This document shows, one piece after another, positions 19,801-28,084 of a stretch of DNA of 64,000 nucleotides. The stretch comes from a virus: positions 32,001 through 96,000 of the IMG/VR virus record IMGVR_UViG_3300048999_000192; one strand, 5' to 3'. The notes beneath the pieces are model-generated. The model worked only from the letters and a program-made list of their open reading frames with translations. It searched no databases and had not been told where the DNA came from. Position 1 is the stretch's first letter, and the number at the start of each line of letters is the position of its first letter. A program made the position numbers and the translations under genes.

Positions 19801-22604
19801 TCCGCAAGGTCCTGCGCCACGGCGGCCACCCGCGCGCCGACGACGCGTACGTCCACATCCACCGCGACCCGAACCGGAGCAGCTCCAACTCCGGCATCAG
19901 CCGGGAGACCGGCGCGCCCATCGTGAGCCTGCACCCGAGCCGGGCCGATCGCGGCACCATCACGCACGAGGCCGCGCACATCCTGAACGACCACGACCAC
20001 GGCAGGCAGGTCAACGAGGAGGCCCCGGACCACTACGTCCACGGGATCGGCTTCGCCCAGCACTACGCCCGCATGCTGCAGCCGTACGGGCCCCGCACGA
20101 CGCCGGGCGGCAACTACAAGCCCGGCGCGGGCGACCTGTTCCTGAACACCTACTACCGCTCGCTGGCCAAGCAGAACCGGGGCTTCGCCCACACCGCCGC
20201 CCGCGCCCTCCCGACCGACCGGATCTTCGGGCCGACGTACGGCCTGGACCATCGGCTGTTCAACGGCGAGGTGATCCGGCCGGAGGTGCGCAAGGCGGTC
20301 ATGGACCGGCTGGACGAGGTCTTCCGGGTGACCTCGGGCCTGCTCGACTGGTCCTCCTACATGCGCGTCTACCTGGCGGGCTCGGAGGCGAGCGAGTGGA
20401 CCAGCCCGACGCTGGAGGGCAACAACGACTTCGACACCTTGATCGGCGTCGACTACGACCAGGCGCGGGCGCACCGTGACGACAACTTCCTGACCATGAC
20501 CGACGGGGAGATCGACGACGTCCTGAACGACATCCTGCGCCAGTTCTACAACGACGAGGACTGGCAGGCCCCGTTCGGCGGCGTCTGGCACCTGACCGGC
20601 TACGTCAACCCGGACGCCTACGACATCCGGGACATCAAGCCGTACGCCGCCTATGACCTCTCGGACAGCCGCTGGGCAGTCAAGCCACCGCACCTGCCCT
20701 CCTGGGGCCCGGAGAGCTTCCCTGAGGGCCCCGCGCTCTGGCATGAGGCCTCGGCCGTCGCCGACTACATCGAGTCCATCCTGGAGCTCCCAGAGCCGTA
20801 CAGGACCCAGCAGGGCGGGGCGCTGTACGACCACCTGCACTCCGACCGGCACCGGGCGTTCGGGCCGAACGGCGAGGGCTGGTACGACCCGGGCAACGTC
20901 ATCGAGAAGTACCTGGACCAGCTCGGTCTGTGGGCCAAGCTCCTGCACCTGAAGAAGAACGCCGAGCACGGGGCCTACGACCCCGGTGAGCAGCCGATGC
21001 TGGAGGCGACGGCGCTGAGGGTCTATCACGGCACGTCGGCGGAGAACGCGGCCAAGATCAAGCACGAGGGCCTGACCTCACCGGTCTACGACGAGACCCA
21101 CAACACCCTGTCCGAGAGCCGGAGCCAGGCCCTGGAGCTGGCCCGGCGCCGGGGGCGTCAGGACCCGGCGGTCGTGGCCTTCGACGTGCCGGACGAGGCC
21201 GTCGGTGAGCACCTGCACCCGCCGTACGAGTACTGGGGTGGCAGCGGGGTGGCCAACACCTACGCCCTGCGCAAGCCGCTCCCGCCGCACTTCGTGGCCA
21301 CGGCCAAGGTGGCCAACTCCGACGGCGACGACTGGATGGAGTGCGACCAGGGGCACGAGCACTGGGGCACCAACGGGGCGGCCGGTCTGCTCCTCCGCCA
21401 CCACGACCCCGAGGACGGCAAGACCAGGTACCTGCTGCAGAAGCGCTCCCCGTGGGTCGACCACCCCGACACCTGGGGGATCCCCGGCGGCGCGCTCGGC
21501 CACGGGGAGCACCCGCTGAAGGGCGCGTTCCGCGAGGGGATCGAGGAGCTCGGCACCCTGCCGCCGGGCGTCCGCCGGAGCCACACCACCACCGACGACC
21601 ACGGCGGCTGGGCCTATCACACGGTGGTCGCCGACAGCCCGGAGCGCTTCGAACCCGGCGGCGGCCAGGACGACCATGAGAGCGACGGGCACGGCTGGTT
21701 CACGCACGGGGAGATGCAGGACCTGCCGCTGCACCCCGGCTTCGCCAAGAGCTGGGACCGCGTCCGCACGAGCCACCCGGGCAACAGCACGGTGCATGCG
21801 GCCAGCCACCACTGGATCGCCAACGAGCACAACCTGCGGGGGCCGGGGGAGCTCGAAGACGAGGACGAGGCCCCGGCGTACTTCCATGGTGACCGGGAGA
21901 GGCGCAACGGCCACTTCGATCGGGCCTGGGACCACCTGCGGCCGGAGCAGCACGAGAACATCCGGAAGAACCTGAAGGCGCTGTCCGCCAAGAAGATGAT
22001 CGTCGGCACCAACCATGCCGCCGAGATCTTCGACCACGGGCAGATGAAGACCCTGCACGAATACGATCCCCACGAGCGGACGGCGGGCTACCTCTTCGAC
22101 CGTAAGGCGCTGGAGCGCCACGTCCTCGGCGTGCCGGAGAGCACCAACCCCGACCAGCAGCCGATCTACGGGTCGATGCACGATGATCCGGTCGAGAACA
22201 ACTACGGCCGCTACAAGCTGGAGCTCAAGCCGCATGTGCGCGCCCGCGCCGGTGTCACCATGGGGGACTCGCTCAACGAGAAGCTCCGGGGTTACCACAT
22301 CGACCATGTGCCGCACCTCAGCCATGCGGAGATGAGGGAGATGGTCGAGCCCACCGAGCTGATCAACCTGGCCGAGAACGAGAAGCCCAAGTCCTACATG
22401 GAATTCCAGGTCCACGGCGGGATCGGGGTCCATGACATCGCGAAGCTGCACGTCCATGAGGATCACGGCAGGCCGCTGACAGAGAAGGATCACCAGGTGA
22501 TGGACAAGGCCCGCGATGCGGGGGTCGAGGTGGTCCACCACAAGCCGGACCCGAACTTCGGCCTGACGGATGATCAGGTCGCGACGCTGAGGGGGCACCG
22601 ATGA
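16806..22604 (+). CDS. Giant multidomain (polyvalent) effector protein: GNAT, ART-like domains, RelE, HExxH peptidase, nucleotidyltransferase, Nudix, DUF3626-like
   Basis: RARGAGSALL; HRG..HWS..xxE twice; RelE-like FHPQAAKEFGKLD; NPL..GHDGIV; YR..PGDWVSTS; HEAAH; LAGS..DFD; YHGTS; Nudix box GALGHGEHPLKGAFREGIEELG; PIYG..YG..GDS..EFQVHG. Confidence 0.85.
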   Translation: MSDFDFSHEEINTGGTKYPTRVHLRAHHPDGSDAGSMHYFPPKRKGSPVTVDTLPHGDDRARGAGSALLDEMERRHPGSRVVYMDELHEKNKPKPGDPNFNANRDYGLPTDWEHHFPKLPGQIHRGMGVRLDKYTAGDINSGDMPSGDQAKILRGAIENGGPGGMHWSADESKSHQFAHRNVIDPRTDIPVVLHARTPGLKDVETRPDVLRNKGVWPHDHISGDAEVPIRKKRPVHITGISWLPDADHPEADEHGWVHHTFAEPLVHNASQGLAPRILGNTLGESHERGRNEHRAGRGKPRHRVQPGAGDDSGRAGELGGDAGDVGAGQAAERPVTFHPQAAKEFGKLDGQTKRQVQKTIDALSTGQPTQTHYLDAPLKGWQGTKASRGHRIVHKDTDDGGLHIGYVGLHDYEKAERRLGAREPFEFEYARNTIPAPKMPGDVYGQDIEPHGRYMTVRSQPGNYVDNERMKWEFGQHRFENPLHLDAEGWKQHLSDMHGGKTGRELSQAVRDAGHDGIVTHETWRGQRTPGEIVDLTGFKRRSRLARTAADDDDDYRMQHRPPDADFGAPHHDLTQILPDDVYTHPQYYDPNGQGGDWHDRKTFQDSYHQIQRTRDKPEAKVKIYRSLPAEYAHQGFRPGDWVSTSRDYAIGHGKHHADSKHDWPVISTSVPAKHLQTSGDDLREWGYTGPHKEWPAVSHKGGYHQEIRQRADGTIAPVKRRAPKEAADRALFTEKQPEDMRNQGGTDWDRVHPTLPPTVHRGAGFLLSPKDHAYVHDASIPAADRAHHLIGLMKGKAYSGGIGKHWSTDPWVAHHFAANEAGRNSDAYETEAPDYKWGTDDDGDPKWRPATMVMLHAKTPARADLDETHHDVWGRGVDYETHHEKETPVIAGRPVHVTGMSWGTEDDPAPDDDGEPQTLWQHHEDDYDGPADPPQHAYPHRHTFPGGQAHTATWEDETYAGWEPHQRAVSEAQEAVRAEHPYLTAPLPDSMSERDEELRKVLRHGGHPRADDAYVHIHRDPNRSSSNSGISRETGAPIVSLHPSRADRGTITHEAAHILNDHDHGRQVNEEAPDHYVHGIGFAQHYARMLQPYGPRTTPGGNYKPGAGDLFLNTYYRSLAKQNRGFAHTAARALPTDRIFGPTYGLDHRLFNGEVIRPEVRKAVMDRLDEVFRVTSGLLDWSSYMRVYLAGSEASEWTSPTLEGNNDFDTLIGVDYDQARAHRDDNFLTMTDGEIDDVLNDILRQFYNDEDWQAPFGGVWHLTGYVNPDAYDIRDIKPYAAYDLSDSRWAVKPPHLPSWGPESFPEGPALWHEASAVADYIESILELPEPYRTQQGGALYDHLHSDRHRAFGPNGEGWYDPGNVIEKYLDQLGLWAKLLHLKKNAEHGAYDPGEQPMLEATALRVYHGTSAENAAKIKHEGLTSPVYDETHNTLSESRSQALELARRRGRQDPAVVAFDVPDEAVGEHLHPPYEYWGGSGVANTYALRKPLPPHFVATAKVANSDGDDWMECDQGHEHWGTNGAAGLLLRHHDPEDGKTRYLLQKRSPWVDHPDTWGIPGGALGHGEHPLKGAFREGIEELGTLPPGVRRSHTTTDDHGGWAYHTVVADSPERFEPGGGQDDHESDGHGWFTHGEMQDLPLHPGFAKSWDRVRTSHPGNSTVHAASHHWIANEHNLRGPGELEDEDEAPAYFHGDRERRNGHFDRAWDHLRPEQHENIRKNLKALSAKKMIVGTNHAAEIFDHGQMKTLHEYDPHERTAGYLFDRKALERHVLGVPESTNPDQQPIYGSMHDDPVENNYGRYKLELKPHVRARAGVTMGDSLNEKLRGYHIDHVPHLSHAEMREMVEPTELINLAENEKPKSYMEFQVHGGIGVHDIAKLHVHEDHGRPLTEKDHQVMDKARDAGVEVVHHKPDPNFGLTDDQVATLRGHR
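17622..17650 (+). promoter_or_regulatory. Internal promoter inside the giant ORF
   Basis: TTGGCT-N17(CCAAGGATTCTGGGGAA)-TACACT, same family as the intergenic promoters. Confidence 0.7.
17677..17811 (+). CDS. Overprinted 44-aa putative antitoxin
   Basis: GAAAGGGG RBS, ATG, C-terminal PVTWEQVKQQNGL typical of addiction-module antitoxins, GTGA overlap with the RelE domain start. Confidence 0.7.
   Translation: MSTEQGGGSLVIVSSRELATILAERESSGETPVTWEQVKQQNGL
17808..18065 (+). other. RelE/ParE-family toxin domain within the giant ORF (possible internal GTG start at 17808)
   Basis: VTFHPQAAKEFGKLDGQTKRQVQKTIDAL...HYLDAPLKGW...HRIVH. Confidence 0.75.
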
Positions 22605-24028
22605 GGATGGATCTCGGCGGCGGCCGGTTCGCTGACGTCCCGGACGGGGCCAGCCATCGCAGCCTGATCAAGGTGATCAGCCCGGACGGCGTCCACGAGG
22701 TGTCCTGGGGCGGTCTGCAGGGCCTGTCCAACGGGGAGCTACCCGCCCGCCGGACGCCCAAGACGGCCGACTACCACCTGCAGCACCGGGCGCCGGACGA
22801 GGAGTCCGGCAAGCCCCTGCACCACTACGAGGGCGGCGACGGGGATGAGCACGTCGACATCTACCGGGCCGTCCCTCACGATGTCCGGCACATCGAGCAC
22901 GACTCGTGGATCACCACCAACCCCGAGTACGCCCACCAGCACGCCCAGCAGTACGACGGGTCGGAATCCTGGCCGGTGCTGCATGCCAGCGTGCCCAAGA
23001 AGCACCTGTACTGGGACGAGAACGACCCGAATGAGCACGGCTACCAGGGGCCGGACATTCCCGAGGCCGACGTGCACGACGAGGAACACGGCGTCATCTC
23101 ACGGGACGAGCACGATGAGGCGCACCCGCAGCCGAGCGAGGAGGAGGCCGAGCGCGGCGGAGAGCACTTCCACGGCACCGCCGTGCACCTGCCACCGAGG
23201 GCGCACCAGATCGTCCACAACCCGAAGAAGCCCATGGACGTACGGGCGCGCGTGCTACTGGGTCACCTGCCCAAGGAGGTCCAGCACAACTCCGGGGGCC
23301 CGTGGGAAGAGGACGCCGACGACGCCGAGCTGGAGTCGATGAGCCAGGCCGACGACATGGGCCCGCACCCTGAGCACGGCACCCCACCGACGCAGGTCGT
23401 GGTGCACGGCAGTCCGTACGGCAGCAAACCGCACGGCATCTCCTGGGCGGACTCGGCCAAGGAGCCGCTGGTCTTCCACCGCGACTACGCGCACCACACG
23501 TTCGGCGGCAAGACGGCCAAGACTGCGGTGGACGCCACTGGCTCGATGATGGTCGCCTTCGTCCCGCCGAAGAACGTGATCGACCACCTCGTGCAGGAGG
23601 GCGGCGAGACGGCCGACGAGCTCCACATCACCCTGCTCTACCTGGGCAAGGAGTCGGCGTTCACGCCCAAGCAGGTCGCCCAGCTCCCCACCCTGGTGAG
23701 CCAGTGGGCCAAGGGCCAGCACCCGATGCAGGCCAACACCCAGGGTGCGGGCACGTTCATCAGCAAGGACAACCACAAGAACAGCCACGTCATGTGGGCC
23801 TCGGTGAACATCCCCGGGGTGACGCGGGCCCACGACGGCCTGGTGGACTTCCTGCGCGGCCACGGCCTGACAATCAAGGAGGATTTCGGGTACATCCCGC
23901 ATATAACCCTGAAGTATGACAAGTATCACGTCCGGTTCCTGCCCAAGGTCGAGCCCATGACCTGGGACATCACGCAGGTCTGGTTCTGCCGGGGCGATGA
24001 GTGGACACCGTACGTGCTAGGACGTTGA
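22601..24028 (+). CDS. Second multidomain effector: two ART-like domains plus C-terminal 2H phosphoesterase
   Basis: Paralogous DYHLQHRAP..IYRAVP..WITT..YA domain; two HITL motifs (LHITLLYLG, PHITLKY). Confidence 0.8.
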   Translation: MRMDLGGGRFADVPDGASHRSLIKVISPDGVHEVSWGGLQGLSNGELPARRTPKTADYHLQHRAPDEESGKPLHHYEGGDGDEHVDIYRAVPHDVRHIEHDSWITTNPEYAHQHAQQYDGSESWPVLHASVPKKHLYWDENDPNEHGYQGPDIPEADVHDEEHGVISRDEHDEAHPQPSEEEAERGGEHFHGTAVHLPPRAHQIVHNPKKPMDVRARVLLGHLPKEVQHNSGGPWEEDADDAELESMSQADDMGPHPEHGTPPTQVVVHGSPYGSKPHGISWADSAKEPLVFHRDYAHHTFGGKTAKTAVDATGSMMVAFVPPKNVIDHLVQEGGETADELHITLLYLGKESAFTPKQVAQLPTLVSQWAKGQHPMQANTQGAGTFISKDNHKNSHVMWASVNIPGVTRAHDGLVDFLRGHGLTIKEDFGYIPHITLKYDKYHVRFLPKVEPMTWDITQVWFCRGDEWTPYVLGR

Positions 24029-24060
24029 CTCCAAGGTTTCTTGGGGTACCTTGGAGTCAA
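24025..24060 (+). promoter_or_regulatory. Promoter/operator with a perfect 12-bp inverted repeat
   Basis: TTGACTCCAAGG-N12-CCTTGGAGTCAA; -35 TTGACT, -10 TACCTT. Confidence 0.7.
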
Positions 24061-24107
24061 GAGGGACTGCCATATCAGACAGACCCGACAGTCTCAAGGA
24101 GATCCCG

Positions 24108-24575
24108 ATGAGAGATGGCACCAAGATCGCCCTGTTGGTCGGCATTCCGCTGGTCGCCTACGGGGGTGTCGTCGGCTCCATCGTGCTGAAGCACCACGTC
24201 GACACGATGTATCGCGAGCAGGGCATCGATCAGGCCGACAAGACCACCAACGGCTGGATCACCGCGATCGGGGTCTTCCTCATCCTCGCGATCACCATCG
24301 CCACCGTGGTGCTCGCGATCCGGATCTCCCGCTGGCTGGCCCGCCGGACCCTCCAGTTCGAGGCCTCCATCGCTCACCTGGACCCTGAAGACCAGCTCGC
24401 CGCCCGCCGTCGGCGCAACGCCGTTCAGGCCGCGCTGATCGTGGGAGGCTCCATCGCCGCGCACGAGCTCATGAAGCACCGCGAGCGGATGGCGGCCGAG
24501 GACCTGGAGCGCACCCGCGAGCGGAACGACGACATCACCCGCCAGTCGCACCACTACTACGAGGACATGCGTTGA
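24108..24575 (+). CDS. Membrane protein
   Basis: AAGGAG RBS; two to three hydrophobic helices. Confidence 0.65.
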   Translation: MRDGTKIALLVGIPLVAYGGVVGSIVLKHHVDTMYREQGIDQADKTTNGWITAIGVFLILAITIATVVLAIRISRWLARRTLQFEASIAHLDPEDQLAARRRRNAVQAALIVGGSIAAHELMKHRERMAAEDLERTRERNDDITRQSHHYYEDMR

Positions 24576-24775
24576 GGCTTCCGAAGTTCCCCGAGCGATC
24601 CTGCCGCGAGCACGTCGAGGGCAACGGGCAGATCGGGCTGTGCAGCGTGATCTCGGGTCACCCGGGTCCCTGTGGCTCCCTGACCATCCCGGGCTCCATC
24701 AAGCGGCGGGACGCCTGGGAGGCCGACAATCCGGACTGGGAGAATGGGCTGGCTGAGCACGATCCGTTCGTGTGA
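24572..24775 (+). CDS. Small Cys/His hypothetical protein
   Basis: Coupled ORF; C..C...GHPGPC. Confidence 0.5.
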   Translation: MRLPKFPERSCREHVEGNGQIGLCSVISGHPGPCGSLTIPGSIKRRDAWEADNPDWENGLAEHDPFV

Positions 24776-24869
24776 TGCCTTTTCTTGCCGGATACTCCCA
24801 GAATCCTCGGTAGAGCTGCTACGGTTAGTCCCTAGATACCTCCTCATATCGAAGGAAAAGGGGACAACC

Positions 24870-25064
24870 ATGCCCAAGCCCGTGGAGACCGAAGCCCTGC
24901 TCACCCCCGCCGAGGTCGCGAGCATGTTCCGCGTCGACCCCAAGACGGTCACCCGGTGGGCCAAGGCCGGGAAGCTGACTTCAATCCGCACCCTGGGCGG
25001 CCACCGCCGCTACAAGGAGGCGGAGGTCCGCGCACTCCTGGGCGGGCTCCCGGCGCAGGCCTGA
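24870..25064 (+). CDS. bldC: BldC-family developmental regulator (MerR-like HTH)
   Basis: LLTPAEVASMFRVDPKTVTRWAKAGKLTSIRTLGGHRRYKEAEVRALL is near-identical to the Streptomyces BldC core. Confidence 0.92.
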   Translation: MPKPVETEALLTPAEVASMFRVDPKTVTRWAKAGKLTSIRTLGGHRRYKEAEVRALLGGLPAQA

Positions 25065-25081
25065 GCCTCTCCCGCTCGACC

Positions 25082-25168
25082 CGAGCCCCCGCCCTCACCG
25101 GCGGGGGCTCGATCATTTTAAAATGATGGCTGGAATCGCTTCCCTCCCCAGAATCCTTGGAGTAGAGT
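25082..25168 (+). promoter_or_regulatory. Terminator hairpin + AT palindrome + promoter cassette
   Basis: CGAGCCCCCGCC/GGCGGGGGCTCG hairpin, ATCATTTTAAAATGAT, CCCCAGAATCCTTGGAG-TAGAGT. Confidence 0.8.
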
Positions 25169-25201
25169 GGCGTTATCGCCACCAACGAGGAGGAAAACCC
25201 C

Positions 25202-25813
25202 GTGAAGAAGATCCAGACCGAGCTCGTCGAGACCTTCCAGTACGGCCCCGAAGCCCTGATCGGCCGGACGATCGCCGCCTACGGCAAGCCCGTCGGCGAG
25301 ATCACTGGAGTGCAGGACCACGAGGGCCACCGGTATCTCGCGATCGAGGGCCAGGAGATCCCCTTCTGCTTCGGGGCGAACAAGGTCTTCGAACTGGTCG
25401 TGGAGGAGCCCGAGCTGACCCGTGACGGCCCGGCGGAGAACCTCGCGCCCAACCAGCGCCGCGTCGGCCCGATCGTGCTCACCCGCCACGCCAGCGACCA
25501 GTGGACGATGGTCTTCCTGAACGGGCCGCACTACACCTACCTCCGGGTCGACGAGCTGATGATGTACGCCGTCCAGCGCCTCGGCGTGAACCTGGTCGAG
25601 CTGGAGAAGAAGGTCCGGGAGCTCAGTGAGGCGGCTCCCCAGCGCCCGGAGAGCCCCGTGGAGGCCTTGCTACGCGGCTTCGAGGAGCGGGGCACCATGC
25701 TCTGCAAGGCGGAGCGCACGCGGCTTACCACGGCCTTCGAGGCGGGCCGGAAACTCGGCCAGGACGAGGGCTACCGCCAGCACTGCGACGAGATCGACGA
25801 GTCCGGATACTGA
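25202..25813 (+). CDS. Hypothetical protein
   Basis: GAGGAGG RBS after the promoter. Confidence 0.7.
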   Translation: MKKIQTELVETFQYGPEALIGRTIAAYGKPVGEITGVQDHEGHRYLAIEGQEIPFCFGANKVFELVVEEPELTRDGPAENLAPNQRRVGPIVLTRHASDQWTMVFLNGPHYTYLRVDELMMYAVQRLGVNLVELEKKVRELSEAAPQRPESPVEALLRGFEERGTMLCKAERTRLTTAFEAGRKLGQDEGYRQHCDEIDESGY

Positions 25814-26613
25814 TGAGCACCTTTCGCGAGCTGGGGGACGGCACCCTGCTGGATGCCGTCCCCAACGGCACGGACCATCTGATGCTCCTCGCGCGGGTCT
25901 CCAGCGACGCGATAGAGGGCACCGGGGTCTTCCTCGGCATGGCCGACAAGAACCGGGCCGCCGGGACGTGGAAGGTCATGGGCGTCGGGCCGATCTGGGA
26001 CATCGAACTGGAGGTGTCCATCTACCAGCCGTACACCTCGTTCGCCCAGCGCATGGGCGACGCCCTCGCCCTGCTCTACACCGCCCACCAGCTCCACGAG
26101 CTCCCCGTGGACCACGACGTGAGGAACGACTGAAATGGCCGACAAGCGCCGTCCCACCCAGTACGAGACCCGCGCGGCCATCCGCCGCCTGGAGGAGGGT
26201 CTGGAGTCCCTGCGGCAGTTCCTGGACCCCCAGAACGACGACTGCTCCGTCCCGGCCGAGGTGCGCGAGGCATCCAAGAGCTACCTGCAGTCCTGGGTCG
26301 AGGGCCCGGCCGAGGGGGCCCTGAAGATGCTCATGCGCTCCCAGGAGGGCAAGCCCACCATCAACAGCCACTGGCAGGACTACTAGGAGGCACCGTGTGG
26401 CCGTACCGGACTGAGACCCGGGTGGCGATCAGCCGCCCGCCTCGCGACCGGCCAGGGGAGGCCGTCACCGTCTACGGACTGGTGGCGGCCTTTACCGCTC
26501 GCGAGGCCGAGCTGATCGGCTGCCAGATGGCCACGGCGATGCACCCCGACGCCGTGATGGCCATCTCCAGCAAACCGGCGATCGAGATCACCGATCTCGG
26601 AGAATCATTTTAA
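25813..26613 (+). CDS. Three small hypothetical genes (25813-26133, 26135-26386, 26395-26613)
   Basis: Tightly coupled ORFs with typical codon usage. Confidence 0.6.
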
Positions 26614-26648
26614 AATCTCTTCCACTCCAGGAATTCTAGGAGTAGAGT
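26604..26648 (+). promoter_or_regulatory. AT tract + promoter
   Basis: ATCATTTTAAAAT; TTCCAC-N17(TCCAGGAATTCTAGGAG)-TAGAGT. Confidence 0.75.
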
Positions 26649-26681
26649 GACGTTATCGGCACCAACGAGGAGGAACCCCCA

Positions 26682-27266
26682 ATGATCAGCACCATCGCAC
26701 ATGTGACCTACCAGGTGGTCGCCAACGACGCGGGCCTGCAGGGCGTCTCGATCGCCCGGGACGTCACCGCCGACGGCACTGAGGCCTGGCGAGTGGTGCT
26801 GGAGTACGCGCAGGCCCGGAACGTGGACGTCCCGGTCGCCAACGCCACCGAGGCCTGCGAGCACGCGATCCACGTGCTCCCCGAGGACCAGCCGAACACG
26901 ACCACCGACGCCGTCAAGGCCGTCCGTACGATCCAGGACGCGGTGCTGTACCGCGCCTACTCCCTCGCCCACACCTACGCGGTGCGCCTGGAGGAGAGCG
27001 GTCACAACCCCAAGCTCTACGTGAACTACCACGAGGGCACCGTCATGAACGGCAAGCGCTGGACCGCCGACGTCTTCCAGGTGCAGCTCTCGGCCAAGAA
27101 GGACTGGTTCTCCTCGCACCTGCTCGTCTCCTGGCGCACGCTGGCCGAGGGCGCGCCCCGCCGGACCACCTCCCGCCTCACCGGCACCGTCCACCAGTCG
27201 CGCAAGGCCATCAAGATCAAGAGCGCTCGCGACCTGGACGCCTGGGTCTACGCCCTGGCGAGCTGA
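26682..27266 (+). CDS. Hypothetical protein
   Basis: GAGGAGG RBS. Confidence 0.7.
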   Translation: MISTIAHVTYQVVANDAGLQGVSIARDVTADGTEAWRVVLEYAQARNVDVPVANATEACEHAIHVLPEDQPNTTTDAVKAVRTIQDAVLYRAYSLAHTYAVRLEESGHNPKLYVNYHEGTVMNGKRWTADVFQVQLSAKKDWFSSHLLVSWRTLAEGAPRRTTSRLTGTVHQSRKAIKIKSARDLDAWVYALAS

Positions 27267-27360
27267 GCCCGCTGAGGTAGATTCTTTGGAGAGATCGGCC
27301 TACGGGTCGATCTCTCCCACTTTTCTTGGTAATGTGACAGAGCACCACAGAGGAGGGCCA

Positions 27361-28019
27361 ATGGCTTCTCGTGAAGAGATGGCCCGTGAGCTCATGCTGA
27401 TCAGTGTCGCCCTCGGGCGCGTCGCCGCTTTCAGGGGCATTGGCGACGCCAGTCCGACCGTGATGATGGTCGACGAGCTCGTCCGGGATCACGAGGAGCT
27501 GGAGGCCCGCATCGACGCGGCCATGATGCTCTTGAAGCAGCTCAACGAAGGCATCATCTGGCCGGATGGCCATGATGACTGGAGTTGGCAGGTCAATGAG
27601 CTTGCGCGGCTCCTACAGGGTGGGGCTCGCGTGCCGGAAACCCCCGAAGATCTGGAAGGACACGAATGACCCAGGGCTACAACTACCTCGCGATCGGCGG
27701 CTCGGCGGACGGTCAGCAGATCGTCCAGCAGTTCCCCGTCAACTGGATCGAGATGGACGTCAACGGCCAGCCGCAGTCCTACCGCAAGGTGCCGGTGCCG
27801 GTGTTCGACCGGGTCTTCGAGGTGCTCGTCTACGAGCCGCTCACCAAGAACCGCGCCGACCTGTCCACCGCCCTGGCCCGCTCCCTGCTGAGCGGCCCGG
27901 CCTCCGCGCTGTGGGAGGTCGGCTCCCCGCTCACCCCGCCTGCCACGCAGGGCGACGGTCAGAGCTCCGTTCCCCCCACCCGGCAGCAGCCTGCCGTCGG
28001 TGACGAGGCGTCCCGCTAG
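27361..28019 (+). CDS. Two hypothetical genes (27361-27669, 27666-28019)
   Basis: RBS present; ATGA coupling. Confidence 0.6.
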
Positions 28020-28084
28020 GACGCTCTCAGCGCCGTAGGGCCCGGTCCAGACGGGCCGGGCCCCGCTCTCCCCCGGAGGTACGC

